Shown: positions 1 through 13,271 of the stretch, piece after piece | Numbering within the stretch: the stretch's first letter is position 1 | How the letters are laid out: every line of letters begins with the position of its first letter | Assembly: GCA_002104905.1 (NCBI GenBank) | Contig: MCFE01000055.1 | Coordinates: forward strand, 62,001-126,000 | DNA length: 64,000 bases | Reading direction: 5' to 3' | DNA from: Basidiobolus meristosporus CBS 931.73 | Taxonomy: Eukaryota; Fungi; Basidiobolomycota | The notes under the pieces: generated by a model | Told to the model about the DNA's origin: nothing | Databases searched by the model: none | What the model saw: only the letters and a program-made list of their open reading frames with translations | Made by a program: the position numbers and the translations under genes

Positions 1-812
1 TCCAGATAAGCATTACAACATGCGGCGCTATATTCAAAGCGTGTGCGCCGTCAGGGATGCCGTGCTCTTGTTTTACATTAGTTTCTTTATTGTATGGTTG
101 ATAAGTAGGCGAAGGCATCAATTCGCTTGTTTCCATATGAATGTCACTTTAACAATGCATATTTTATAGTTTCTTCCATAAAACAGCATGTAGCGATGGT
201 ATGGATTTAACTTAGAATTGATATGAAATAATGTCACTACTCTTTGTTATGCGCTGTTCATCAGAGAATAAGCTAACCTACGATATGAACCTGACTCCTA
301 TCTCTCTATAGAAGAATTTACAGTCCAAAGTGCCAATTAATGCATCTTAGCCTCCACATTCGATGGAATGTGCTTTGAATGTAACCATGATGCGTAGAAG
401 AACTCCACTTTCCAAGTAATTTAATTTTGGTTTTGATCTTGATTCGATGTTTCGAATTGAGCTGTTGCATCACCCCAAACAGGATTGTTAAAGTTTGGAT
501 CAATCTTTAATTGGCAGATGGCCTAATCCCTTTCCTTCGCATTAATTAAGAATTGAAGCTTATTTTCTACTTCATTGGCAAATGCCGCACGTTACTCCTA
601 ATTTTTCATTGACGACTGGCCCACTGAATCAATAACCACAAAATCATCAATAGTGCCAAGTACAACACTCATTCCAATTTCGGGTGCGCTATAGCGTGTG
701 CATGCAAGTTGAAAATCGTGGGCTTTCATATACCCCTCCTGGATTCCCAGCGTCTATAAAAGCCCATGAGTTCCTCCAAGCTATCACAAAATACCCAGCT
801 TCAATATCCATC

Positions 813-2135
813 ATGTCTTTGAAGGTTCGCTCTCAGTTGACCATTTGCTTTCCAGTATGTTTGATCTAATGGCTCCACTTTTCAATAGAAACTTTTTGCA
901 GCTGTTGCCATTTTGGCTGTTGGTGCCACCCAGATCAGTGCCATTTGCGAGAATTTCAAGGCCAATTGTCCTGCCGAAGCTCCCTGCTGTAAAGACGGGT
1001 GGTGTAGTAATGACCCACTCTTCTGCTCACCATCGAACTGTCGTCCGTTAGATAGTTTCTCCCCAGAAAGTTGCTACCCAAGAGCTTTGTGTGTAAATGC
1101 CCTTCATGAATTCGATAATACAAAGATTGCCGGTACAAACTTCACTGGGGATCCAGCAGTCGCTGATTGGACTTCTGATTTTACACCTTCCAACGTACGC
1201 GCTGAAAACGGACAGTTAGTTCTTTTTATGCCACTTGACAGTAAGGTGAACAGCTTCGGTAATACTCAAGGATTTGGTGCCACTGTCTCTGCAGTCAGGT
1301 AAAATGATGCATCTGTCGTACCCACTATAATGCACATTTCTCATCACTCTTATCCAGATGGTTCGATTATGGTAAGGTTTCTGCTAGAATCAAGAGTGCT
1401 TCTATCAGCAAGGGCGTTGTCTCCTCCTTCATTGTAAGATGTCAAGTCCTTCACTCATCCTCGATTCTTATTAAGTTTTATGCCACTTCGCAGGTGCGAA
1501 ACTTTGAAGGTGATGAGATTGACTTCGAGTGGGTTGGCGGATATCCTAATCGCGTCGAGTCCAACTACTATTACGGAAATGATCACGACTACTCCAACGG
1601 TGATAAACACGACGTTGGTGCAAATACTGCTGAAGATTTTCATACATACATGATTGAATGGCAACCGGACTTTATCACGTGGTCCGTCGATGACAAAGTC
1701 GTCCGTACCGTTAGCAAGGCTAACACATTGAACGCCACTACCAATGCTTACCTGTATCCTCAACGAATGGCTCGTGTCCAGTTAGGCCTCTGGGATGGTG
1801 GCCGTGGAAGCGAAGGAACCAAGGAATGGGCCGGAGGCGAAACTGATTGGTCTGACCCCAACCGCGTGTATAGCATGTATGTTGACTGGGTGAAAATTGA
1901 ATGCAAGTACGGGGGCAATGAAACTGTTGTGTGGACCACACCTACACACAGCCAAGCCACTGCTGTGACTACACTTGGTAGTGGTAATCCTCAAGCCACT
2001 AACAGTAACCCTGGCGATAGTCTAAACAACCACAGCAAAGATAAAACCGCTCCTGGTAAGAATACTGGCTCATTTGTATCCGTTGGATCTCTTCCGTTAA
2101 TCCTCGCTGCTGGTGTTGCCCATATTTTGAATTAA
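813..2135 (+). CDS. CRH2: Crh/Utr2-family GH16 chitin-glucan transglycosylase with N-terminal chitin-binding (CBM18-like) module, likely GPI-anchored
   Basis: Spliced model: ATG 813 (MSLK), intron 825-888, then signal peptide KLFAAVAILAVGATQISA. Cys-rich CPAEAPCCKDGWCS module follows. Two further GT-AG introns lie near 1299 and ~1435-1493. GH16 catalytic motif DEIDFEW, FHTY.IEW and the conserved LGLWDGG...EWAGG segment are present, followed by a S/T-rich linker and a hydrophobic C-terminal tail. Confidence 0.92.
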
Positions 2136-2974
2136 CTTTTGATCAGAATATTCCCTAATACTTATCGATTAGCATCTATTTTTTTTTCGATATATCGCAC
2201 CTTCATAATTATCAGTTTTGAGAACTGTCTATTACCATCTATTCATTAAATCAAAACTGCTTATCCATTGGGAAAATTTGCTCGGCTGATAGATTACCTA
2301 ATGTAGAGATGGTGAGTCAGTCTCTTTCATGTGCTACTGGCACCTACTGGCGGTTTTATGGCTTCCCTGCAGATGAGTCTGGACTGATATAGTATGTAGG
2401 GTGGAGATACCAAGATATGGGGAATGCTGATTATAGCCCAGTTTTCTCCTAAGGGTCAAAAAAGCCGTCCGCTAAAATGTGGCAGTCCCGTAGTCCTCCA
2501 AAAAGCGCTTCGCCAAACCCACATATTTTATTAATGTTGAGATGAAGTCAATATTTGCACTACTACACACACGCCTTAAAAGCCCCCTTCAACTGAAAAT
2601 AAACATGCGCATGATTTTGGCATGGACGATTGTTTTTGGTGAACTCTGATCGAGTAGCCAATTGTGAATAAATCTAGTCTCGAACTTGAATGGCTGTACA
2701 TCTTTATGGAGTATTATTAAATGTATATATAAATAGTGTGAAACTGGGCAGCTAGCCTCGAGCCGCATTTTATCTAGCATTCGTGTGTGAAATAACAACT
2801 GTGGCGTCATGAGGTGGGAGATATATTAATGTCGAATATTTATTTCTATTATGAAAATGAGTCGAAAACTAACAGAGTAATCGAAAGGTCACCAAAAAAA
2901 TACAATCACGTCGACAAAATAACGGAGAAATTTTAGATCAGCGAATTACATACTGTGATTTGTTTAAATGATAT

Positions 2975-5900
2975 TCATGATTCGTGTAAATCAATAGTGG
3001 CATTATAAGTTATATCTCTACGGGGTCTTAACTTTCGTCTCGACGTGGATGATTCCGAGTCGTCGGCTTCTTCATTTCGCGATCTTTTCAATCGGCTCTT
3101 TCTTGTTTGTCTAGTTACTGCCGAGTTTTCGTGTCTAGTAACAGGCTCCGGGTCTGTAGTGATATCGTTACTTTGTTGTGCTGCTCTACGAGAACGTAGC
3201 TTACGACTTCTCTCTGGCAAAGCTGAATTTTCGGAATATGGACTCTTGCGTGATTTATCTTCATCATTCGCACGGTCATCTTGAGCATATCTGTGGGTGC
3301 GACGAGTTGACTTTCTTTGTATCGCAATTTCATCTTCACTTTCACTGTTGTCAGCATCCTCCTTTGCAACTTTGTTACGGGACTTTCGATCCCGCAAATT
3401 AACAGCTCGATCTTGTTTCGTGACAGAGGTCTCTTGATGATCATCTTCGATCTCTTCCTCGTCTAACCCATAATTCTGAATATCCTTAATGCACATTTCA
3501 AGATTTACGTTGAGTGATGAAAAGGTTTTGATATTATCATCAAAGTCTTCCTGAAAGTTGGTAGTGCGCAGCCAACGAACGCGCTTCCTCGACTCTACCG
3601 GAAGTCTTGATAAACTGTGGTCATTAATGTTGTAAACGTACGAGAACAATAACTTGACATGTTCAAGATACTCTTCTACAGTCGAATTCAGGTCAATTTC
3701 GGGCAATTGCGTTTTCTTGATCAAGGAAAACAGTAAAGCGCCAAGTTGTTCTATTTGCTGATGAATCAAGTCTTTGAAATTCTGTATATAAAGGCTTGGC
3801 TCTACCACATTGTGACCCTTCTTCGAGGTTTCATTCGGGGGGCTATCTTCCGGTTTGTCACTTGACGTTTCAGGCGGAACGTTAACTTGAGATTCGTCCA
3901 CCTTCTCCGCAGCTGATTCATCATCTAAAGCAAGTCCTACGCCCATTGGCAACTGCTGGTCTTCAGTAGTCGCCTCGGTTGCTTCGGGAGCGGGAGACAC
4001 TTTGTTTCGAACATACGATGAACCAAGCTCTCTTTGAAGCCAGTTACGGAACCTCGCCAATGAGCTTATAAACATCGGTCTGATCGACGTTAACATTGAT
4101 CGAAGGTTCTTTTCACGTATCCCACGGTTGTTCAAAGGCCTTATTAAGAGGAGGAGCTGCCTGCTGTCGTCCATATAATACCATTTCGTTTTCGGTTTTC
4201 TATAGTCATCAATTACTCTGTGGTTGGCTCTGTTGACAGTTGAGGAGTCTTGACTTTCCTCAGCAGTTGAGCTTCCAGGATTCTCCGTCTTTGTAGGGTA
4301 TTCATGTTCTTCAATAATAATCCCACCAAGAGGCTTCCAATGCCAGTAGGCTCGGGCATAACGATCATACCCGATTAGCAAGATTTCCTGTGAAGTGGGC
4401 ATGGTGCCTCGACTAGGGATGACACCACCACGGTACTTGGAAGAGACGGCCTCAACTTGCGACTGATGTGTAATATCTTTAGAGCTGAGTTCCAATATAG
4501 ACTTCCTCTTACTCTCCCGTTGGCGTATCATTTTTTCGATATCTTTTGCTAGTTTAGTACACTTCCCCTTCAACGTGGCTACCAGTTTCTTTCTAGATTT
4601 TTCTTCGGCCAAGATTTTCTGGCGAGATGTCCGTTCATCTCGAGGCTGTTGTTTTTCTAGATTATCAACATTCCCTTCGTCGTGAGACATAGACTGCGCC
4701 TCGCTGCCTCCTTCAGAATCGTCCTCCACAATATCGTCACCTGATTCGTTATTCGATGCATGAAGTTTAGCTAAACGCATCATTTCCTCCTGTGCTTCAG
4801 CAACTCCTTTTTCGGCAGCCTGAATGTTTCTGGTCAAGTCAGAAATTTGAGTTTCAAGCTGACGTCTAGCCTCGGTACGTTCGCGCTTTTCTTTCTTTAG
4901 CTGAGCCATTCGTTCATCCACGCCAGCATGCAGATACTGGCTAAATTGGACAGTGTCCATGGCGAGATCTACGAGATAATTTAGGGCCTTTAGTCTTTCA
5001 CAAGGAGGAATGGCGGAAAACTCGGTAGTGGCGAAGACATTCGATTTGTCAGGAAGAATCTCGCTAATGTACCACTGAAAGTTTACTGGGTTAACAGGTG
5101 GTAACTGAGGGGAGTCCTGGTAATGCTCTTCAGACTCAATAAACTCTATCAAATTACAAATAAATTGGATGCCGTCTCTATTTATAGTGGCTGTGTTACA
5201 AATGAGATCTTCCAAAATCTCTGAAGAGCATAAAGTAAATCGGCATTAGTCGACAAACAACAGGCCATGTGCACAATTAAAATGTTTACCGTATGAGTAA
5301 TCTTCAGGTTTCATGTTCAAGATGTCTGCCGAAAACTTGTGGAAAAAATCATGAATTGTCATAAGCTGTGCCCACTCATCCATTGCCAGATGAAGTCCAT
5401 CATTAGAGACTCTGAATTCTTTGAAGGTTGGCAGCGGCGCACTGTATGGTAGTAGGATTGGATCTAAGTCATCGCTTATTGGTGGTAATTTCGGAACACC
5501 TGGCTGTAGATAATCGCGTAAATCTGTCTTCTTTCCAGGCGTGTTTTTTCCCTAATATATTTGATTATTAAGGCGCAATCGAATCTCTCAAGTAAAACCA
5601 TATCTACCATAGGGACTGGGGAAGACCGTGTGGAAGATGTCGACTTAATATGGCGCTCAGGTGCGGGTGAAGATTGTAGAGAATTTGTAGACGCGAGAGA
5701 GATAACCTAAGGAAGCAGAGGACAGCTAAATTATAATTTCTTAAATCTTAACACTAAAATCAGCGTACTTCGTCTTCGGAAGAATCTATGATCTGAATTA
5801 ACTGAGAGGCAGGAGGCAATGATATTTGCGGCTATATAATAAAAAGGATGTCAGTATGGTTCGCAAATTATTTTGCCACTAGAAAACGTGGCTATTAACC

Positions 5901-6226
5901 TTGCTATCTTCAACATTCTTTTTGGAAGAATTCTGTGCTTGAAAGTAATTGTGTAAAGAATTTTTCTGCGGTGTACTGGAATGGTTATCGACGCGCGTGC
6001 TTTTATGTTTACTTTTGCTGTTTGACTTTTTCCCACTAGAGCTTTCGGCATTTGGAAGGCATACAGTCTTCTCCGGATAACCATCGTCTTCTAGATCAAT
6101 CACAGTCACATCTCTGGAAGCTGCAGGAGTATTCATTTGGTAGAGAATAGTGCCTTCGGTTGGACGAATGGGTGGTAGTATTGGTAACGGAAGTTTTGTT
6201 AGGGGACGTAATGGAGAATCGGTCAT
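2975..6226 (-). CDS. DDT + WHIM/WSD domain ISWI chromatin-remodeller accessory subunit (Itc1/Ioc3/BAZ-like)
   Basis: Multi-exon gene. Exon ~5290-5550 translates to ...DEWAQLMTIHDFFHKFSADILNM... (DDT-like). The long last exon has RLKALNYLVDLAMDT (WHIM1-like), IGYDRYARAYWHW and WYYMDDSRQLLLLIRPLNNRGIREKNL (WSD/WHIM2-3). Internal exon boundaries are approximate. Confidence 0.8.
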
Positions 6227-6820
6227 GAATATATCTTGTTTGTTGCAAGTAACTCCAATTCTGAGCTAGCTTCCACCCCACTTAGGTTTGAAAAGTAATG
6301 AAGTAAAGCGCAACTCGTAAGTAATTGATTTGTATTTCAATCCTAATCTAATTGCACTGTTATGATGCATTCTTTCATTAATGGGTCATCTTCAGTAGTC
6401 CCTATTTTCGTGATTGGGCTTGACCAGATAAATGGATTTTTTTGTTATTGTTTGTTTATGAATTCATAAAACTGGCTGTTTTGCCCCCTCTATTATTAGA
6501 AATGGTAGTATAGCGTTCTTAAATCTGTCACGTGTTCGCCTCATCACGTATGAATGCAGACCAGGAAAGAAAAAAACAATACACAGGTACGTCTCTTTCA
6601 GAGCAAATCTCACACCGTAACTGGCCTTAAATGTCAACTCTGATTGTGGTATCAGTGTAAATTTGTGGTAAACTGTGAGTCAGATATCAACAATTTTATT
6701 ATTCTATGATGGTTCTAGGTCTATTAACAAGATGGGTTATGATGGTATATATTAGCGGATTTTGAATGACTGGATATATGTGAGGTATAAGTAATTTCTA
6801 AAATTGGGCGTCTGTCAGCT

Positions 6821-7324
6821 TCATAATGCATAGCAATAATTAGAGTCATGAGAGAGGCTCTTCATTAATTCGGCGAAGCTGGGTAGCGTGATGTGATTGT
6901 CTTGTGAAATACCACGATAGCTGTATGTTGTGTGCGAGCAAGTTGGGAACAATTGCGCATTGCTTTGGTTAAGGGAATGCTCTTTGATGGCATCGTCGGA
7001 ATCAGAGGAACATGAGGAGAGTGCTGGACTCAAAGAGGGGCTAGGCCCAAACTCGGATCTTACAGTCATGTATGTCATCTGAGAGGCAGGTGGAGTAGGT
7101 ACGAGATTGTTTAAACGTGGCTTCTTGGAAGCTTTGTTATGAATACGTTGATGTCTCACAAGTTCATCTGATCTTGAAAACCGTTTCCCGCAATCAGGAA
7201 CTGTGCATTGGTGGGGTTTTTCACCAGTATGTATCCGGATATGGCGGGTACGGTGCTCCAACCGATAAAATGCTTTTTCGCACATTGGACACTTATAGGG
7301 ACGATGGCTCTTTGACTTATCCAT
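6821..7324 (-). CDS. creA: CreA/Mig1-type C2H2 zinc-finger carbon catabolite repressor
   Basis: [55 protein letters not shown] matches the CreA/Mig1 double finger. A C-terminal LPSF motif is present. The start could be the upstream in-frame ATG at 7396. Confidence 0.88.
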   Translation of the reverse strand: MDKSKSHRPYKCPMCEKAFYRLEHRTRHIRIHTGEKPHQCTVPDCGKRFSRSDELVRHQRIHNKASKKPRLNNLVPTPPASQMTYMTVRSEFGPSPSLSPALSSCSSDSDDAIKEHSLNQSNAQLFPTCSHTTYSYRGISQDNHITLPSFAELMKSLSHDSNYCYAL

Positions 7325-8498
7325 AGCAGTAAAGTATTCGTGGCAATGTTCCTGAGCCTGAGGAAGAGTTTCAGAATGATAGTGAAGTAGTATCATTCTT
7401 ACAAATTACCCTGGCTTTATATTGAATTTTCTGGCCCGATAATATCAGGACAGATAGGGCCGCCAAATTTTCAAGCTTAAAATATCAGATTGGTAAAGCA
7501 TGACTGAGAATCTAGGTTGTCAGCAAGCTGGATCTTTCGAAAATTTCCTTTTTGATTGTGGAGTTCTAAGGGTAGATCTCTAGAAAGCGTACGCTCTACC
7601 TCTGATCATTTCTAGTTCTGGCCCTAGCTGGTCTAGAAGAAGCTAGGTAGCATTCTGATCTACGTAAAAGTTAGGATATGATGTCATATGCCATTTCCCC
7701 GCAGTCCTCTTACCAATGATCTATCTAGATTTACAATCGATAAATCCAGCAAAAAATCCTGGATTTGGAAGATAATAATTTGTCGTAATTTCGACCATAC
7801 AATTTTCACCTGAGCAAAAGTATGCGGAACCCCATTTCGCGCTGATTCCAGGTTCTTTTAAAACAGTTTTAGTCCCTTGGCATGTCAACGTAGGTTAATA
7901 TGATTCGATATGGTGCATCACGAATCAAGCTTATTTCGGGAAATAGTGATCAGTGTGGGATGGTATTGCCAAATTTGCCGGTATATTTATCGGCCTTCGA
8001 AGGAATTTTACCAAGATGAACGTTATCTAGGTCCAGTTCGTTCCAGTCTGCCCCAGTATTGAAGATAAATCCAAATTGGCTCGGTCCCGGTTGACTCGAG
8101 GAGCACCGTCGCTGTCTATTTCAGACTTCGGCCTAAATTCATTTGCTGAACTAAACTGATGATATCAACTAGCGGGGCTCTCGATAATTATTTTCAGGCT
8201 TGAGTTCTAGTCTGAAAAATGTTGATAAGAGATCAACGAACATCAAATCGATGGTAATGAAGGTTTTCCAAGTTGATTACAAATCATACATTTATTTTTT
8301 ATACTCAGCTATTAGTTGATTAAACAAGTAGCCTTTGTTGCCCCAACTTAGATGGGGAAGCTGGGGATAGTTCAATTATTTGGTGAATCCAATCTTAAGG
8401 TACACTCCATGCCAATTACTGTGCTTCACATCTAGCCACTTCTGACAGAAGAGTGTAATTTTGGTTACTGAGTTATCCAATTTAAAGTGTCATTAAAG

Positions 8499-9236
8499 AT
8501 GAATGTCTGCCGTCAAGTCATTACTCGTAGATTTACTACGTCGTTTCCCCGTTTGCAGGAGGCTAGCTCAAGTTTCACTGAGCGTGTAACTAGTCCAAAA
8601 ATTGTCGTCAAAAAGAGTGGTAGTTTCCGTGGAGGGTAAGAGCTTCGTTTTCGATCTCTCCGGCAGCATATGTATAGTTCATAACGCGCATGATTTTATA
8701 GACTTACGGGATTTCTCTTTGGATTGACTTGCGCAGGCGGTGTTGGATATTATTACCTCTTAGAGGAATATAAGAGTGCCACTGATTTATTACTTCACTC
8801 TGTTGATGAATTGCAAACTTCCACCGATAAGGTATAATCTAAGATTTCTTTGACCCTGTTGGCGAGCGACATCAGGCTCAATACAACGTATACCATTAGG
8901 TTAGAGAATACGCGCAGAAGATTAGCGATGTTGAGAGGGAGTTAAGGATTCTGAAAGGAGCTGCGGCTACTCATGATCAGCTCGAAAATACCAAATCGGA
9001 TCTTAAAAAGCTATTTGTAATTTTGTTCGTATATTCTCTTTACCAAAATGGTTACTGATCACTGTTGCATACGCACGTAGTCGACCATCCATTCTGAGCA
9101 CTTGACTATGAAGAAAAATGTTTCAGAAATTGGTGAGTTCATCATATCACGTTTTTTTACCCACATCAAGCACTAATTTGTCTATCTTTCTCTGATAGAA
9201 CATGATGTTCATGGACTCACTAATGTCAATGCTTAA
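8499..9236 (+). CDS. Small 5-exon conserved-looking fungal protein: mitochondrial-type presequence, one TM, coiled coil (not in ORF track)
   Basis: Exons 8499-8635, 8702-8831, 8900-~9016, ~9081-9132 and 9199-9236 join in phase through GT-AG introns. They give MNVCRQVITRRFTTSFPRLQ...KKSGSFRGGLTGFLFGLTCAGGVGYYYLLEEYKSATDLLLHSVDELQ...HGLTNVNA*. Confidence 0.82.
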
Positions 9237-9404
9237 ACGTTGCATATTCTCACATATTTGCATTGAAAAAAAGTTCACCAGACTGCTTATCTCATTAACT
9301 GGCTTTATTTCACAGCTTGTTCACGTCAGTAGAGGTAGGCAGGTAGTACATTAAATACATGAGGAAATGTAATGAAGTGACAATCGGTTTGACTGGAAAT
9401 TAAT

Positions 9405-10926
9405 TTACTGAATAAATAGCTCTGGTGTTAAGTCCTCCATCAAATTGGCCATCTTGTCAACATTTTGGCTCCATTCCACAAGACGTTGGCGCATTCCATC
9501 AATTTGGTTGATATCCATATAACGAGACTGAACCCAGGTGATATGCACTGATTGATCAACTTGATCAATAGACCCACGGATCAAATTGAGCGAAAGCCCC
9601 TTCATCACCAGATGCTCAACCTATGCGACAAAAGTCAGCGCTTCTTCGTTACAGCAATATATAGGATTGTTCGATCATACCTCATCAACTGGAAGTTTGG
9701 TTTCCGAGGCAATATCGGAGAAAGTGAGAAGCCTGTTGTCGGCAGAACGCTTAAAAATTGATTCTATGAGAGACATGAGACATATCTTCTGTCTGAGAAA
9801 GGCCGAGTAGCTTTGAAGAAGAGGCTGATAAAGTAAATTCAGTATAAGCAAGCTTTCCAGTAAACATTCTGAAGACCGCTTACCTGCTTGGTAAATTGTG
9901 CAGATAATGCCTCGAATTTACCAATATCGCCGCTATTGACGGCAAATAATAGTTTATACAGCCACTCGTGCTCGCCTGTTTTCAAAACTTCAAGGATAGG
10001 ATGCATGAGCTGTGCAAAAGCAATGTTCTTTAGCTGATATTCTCGGTAGTATTATTTCATAGCGTCGTACCAGCTCTCCGAAATTATAAATATTATCTCC
10101 TAAAAGTGCGGCCAGGGATAGATCATACGCACGCTCGATTTTTTCAACGTTGGCTAAGCTGTCGAGATTGACGCAGGCCAAAAAGAGAAGGGCATGCTTA
10201 TAGTACTTGACAAAGTCTGCTTTTGCCTATACAGATTTGCACATATTAGTTGAATATTGGAAAATCTATATCATATTGGGCAAGGTTACTTTGTAATACT
10301 GTGCAGAAACCCTATAGAAGCTGGCATGAATTATGGTTTCGACGCTATCAAATGTCTCGAGGATTTTTTCGCTTTCATCCATAGCCTCTTTTGTTCCATC
10401 CAAATCGTTGAGAAGTAGCTTAAAACTGGCAGTTTCCATTATGGCAAGAACATAAGCATCCTGAGTTTCGGGGGTGTTAACCTTTTCGGTTAGAGGTGAA
10501 AGAAATTGTATGGCCTCCTGGAAGTCTACGTGAAAAATGAGGTCTTCGTTTACATAAACAATGAATTAATTGAAGAAAATACCTTGGAATTGAGCAGCTG
10601 CGGACAATGCAAGCCCAACAAGTTTAAGCTTGTTCATTTTCTTGGCCCAATCAGAAATGAAGTGTTGATATAGAGGAATCAAGAATGGGCCAGACTCAGG
10701 TTGCGTGACGAACTCCTCTAAGCGAGAGGTAAGCTGATGCCATAATCTGACGGCGAAGCAATTAGCTTTGGAAAGAACTTGAGGAAATACACCAGTAGTT
10801 ATCATACTTGCGCTCATAAAGATCTTCAAAATTCACGAAATATTCTTGCAAATGTTTGGGAGCCTTTTTTCTCTCCTGTGCTAGGAATTCAGCGACAGGA
10901 ATATCGACCTCCATCTTTTCAGCCAT
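9405..10926 (-). CDS. RPN9: 26S proteasome regulatory subunit Rpn9/PSMD13 (PCI domain)
   Basis: Start MAEKMEVD at 10926. Motifs FEDLYERK|LWHQLT, HASFYRVSAQYYK, AYDLSLAALLGDNIYNFGEL|LMHP and the C-terminal MKGLSLNLIRGSIDQVDQSVHITWVQ are present across multiple GT-AG introns. Confidence 0.95.
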
Positions 10927-11022
10927 ATTGTATAGGTGTTGGATATATAGAGCTGCTTGGTGTTTCTACTTTGGGGTACGGTAGTTCGATAACAGAGGAG
11001 GCCTTATTCTCATATTAGTGTT

Positions 11023-11095
11023 GGTGGCATTCTTTTCTCAGCTCTGAGTTAGTGTGGCCCAGTACGTCAGCAACATCAATTTATCACGTGACTCA
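11023..11095. promoter_or_regulatory. Candidate PACE-like (GGTGGCA) and overlapping CACGTG/TGACTCA elements upstream of RPN9
   Basis: GGTGGCA at 11023-11029 lies ~100 bp upstream of the RPN9 ATG (yeast Rpn4 site is GGTGGCAAA). TCACGTGACTCA at 11084-11095 combines an E-box and an AP-1/Gcn4 core. Motif match only. Confidence 0.3.
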
Positions 11096-12193
11096 GATTA
11101 GCATATTGGTTTAGTTTTTTCTGCAGTGTTAGGATTCAAAAATGAAGTGAACGAATTTTTCGTCATGATGTAAAGCGAAGGACTTGGATTGGTATTGATT
11201 CATGAAAATGGATGATGCGCAAAAGATTTACGCATGTGCTTAGCAAGACAGTTTAATATATGTCAGCAATCAAGAATGCCTCCGGCTAAATAGTCTAGAT
11301 TGCCAGAAAATGGGAAACCGCTTCCCACACTTGTCATAGAAAATACAATTACTGAACGGAGTAAAAGATAACAATCTCACCTTGTAACACTTGATCCAAA
11401 AGCGTTATCTCCACTATAGCTGTGTATCTAGACAAATGTTGTAACTCGTAGTTGAATGAATCAAGGAAGGTGTCCAGAGGATATTCGCGTTACCAGTAAA
11501 ATAGCATATGACTGACGAGGGCTTCTTAATGTGGAGATAACCAAGCCAACAATGCCGTCACATCATTATGTTAAAGTGAATTGAATCCAAGATCTAGGCA
11601 ATTCTGTCAAAGTCAAAAACGATTTGAACAACCAACAGTATGAGACTTGAACTCAGTACGAAGAATGTAGCTTTTTTCTCATTATGCCAAGAACATTACG
11701 CAAACCCTTTCGGAGTATTTAAGGTAATTGGGTTGTTACCAAGGATACATAGTACTGATGCAGGTCCTGGGCCTTACAGAATCTAGACGTACGTTGCTGG
11801 GACCTTGATTCTGGCAATGGAAATACATGTATTGTGTTTAATGAAAATTACCAAACACGATTTGGCACTGAATGCCGTTGGTCCAATTCAGTTGTTCACA
11901 AACGAGTCTCGTCCATGTGCACGTATAGAAGTTCGCTGTCGTAGTCTTTACTTGACTAGAATCCATTGGCTAATATGATCTTGTCTTGGATGAATTATTG
12001 TAATGCACAAGCGATGTTTGATAAGTTTCATGCTACCAGGAAAGCTGTAAATGTTATATGATTTGCTAGTTCACTGGAGTTCTGATATATATTTACTTTG
12101 GTCTGGGTCTTATCATAAATGTCAGTAATAAAAGAAGATGGTTTGGCTCCTTCATTTTGCATCTCGTGTATTTCTAAAAGAGACTCGTCTAAC

Positions 12194-13271
12194 ATGGATA
12201 TTGTACTTTCAGTAGGTGACGAGTATCTCTTTGATAAAGTATATTCTGCTTTTACTTTGATTGGTTTGCCCTACCTCCCTCGTGATGTTTTCCTACGCCA
12301 GTTCAGCAGCTTGATGTTCATTGCCGCTTTCGGCGCTTACGCTATCTACATGATCTTCTCTACCATATCTTTCCACCTGTTCTTCGACAAGCGGCAAATG
12401 AATCATCCTCGCTTTCTTAAAAACCAAATCAATCAGGAGATCAAAATGGCAACTGATGCTATTCCACTTATGGCCCTGCTTACCGTTCCCTTCTTCTTGT
12501 TGGAAATTTACGGCTATTCCAAACTTTATGATGAAGTTGACGAATATGGTTGGGGTTATCTGGCCGGTAGTGTTTTGTTGTTCCTCTTGTTCACCGATTT
12601 CGGAATCTACTGGCTTCACCGTTGGTTACACCTTAAGTCTATCTACGCTATGCTTCATAAGGTACGTAATAGAAGTTCTCAGTTTGCTCGGATAACACTA
12701 AGGTATTTTCTATCTCACTCTGTAGCCTCACCACAAGTGGATTGGTAAATTCTATATGTATGAGGTATATTTTACTAGATTCTAAAGCGCACCTTCCTTT
12801 GTTTATAGTTCCAACTCCCTATGCTTCCATTGCCTTCCATCCTGTAGATGGTTGGGCACAATCGCTGCCTTACCATGTCTTCGTATTCATTTTCCCTATG
12901 CATAAGGTTCTTTACCTCTCTCTCTTTACCTTCGTTCAGATCTGGTCTATTTTGATCCATGATGGTGAGTTCATAGGTTACATTCCCTGGTGTGTTTCCT
13001 CACTAATCTAATCCTCTTTACCTTAGGTGAATACTTCACATACGATCCCGTTATCAACAGTGCCGCCCATCATACTGTCCATCATCTTTATTTCAACTAT
13101 AACTATGGACAATACCTTACACTTTGGGATCGTATTGGTGGATCATACCGTAAGCCTACTGATGAAATCTACAATACTGAGCTCCGTAGCACAAAATCCG
13201 TTTACATGAAGCAAGCGAAAGAAGTTGACAATACCATCTCAACTCTCGAAGATAAGCCAAAGCTCAAATAG
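12194..13271 (+). CDS. ERG3: Sterol C-5 desaturase (lathosterol oxidase), paralogue A
   Basis: Exons 12194-12661, 12726-12744, 12809-12964 and 13027-13271. Three His boxes (HRWLH, HK|PHH, HHTVHH) plus [16 protein letters not shown] and [17 protein letters not shown]. Confidence 0.95.

Noticed and set aside
7200-7300. Q>R change in CreA finger 1 (RLEHRTR vs canonical RLEHQTR) as altered specificity
   Set aside because: The change is at helix position 4; base-contacting positions -1, 2, 3 and 6 are unchanged.
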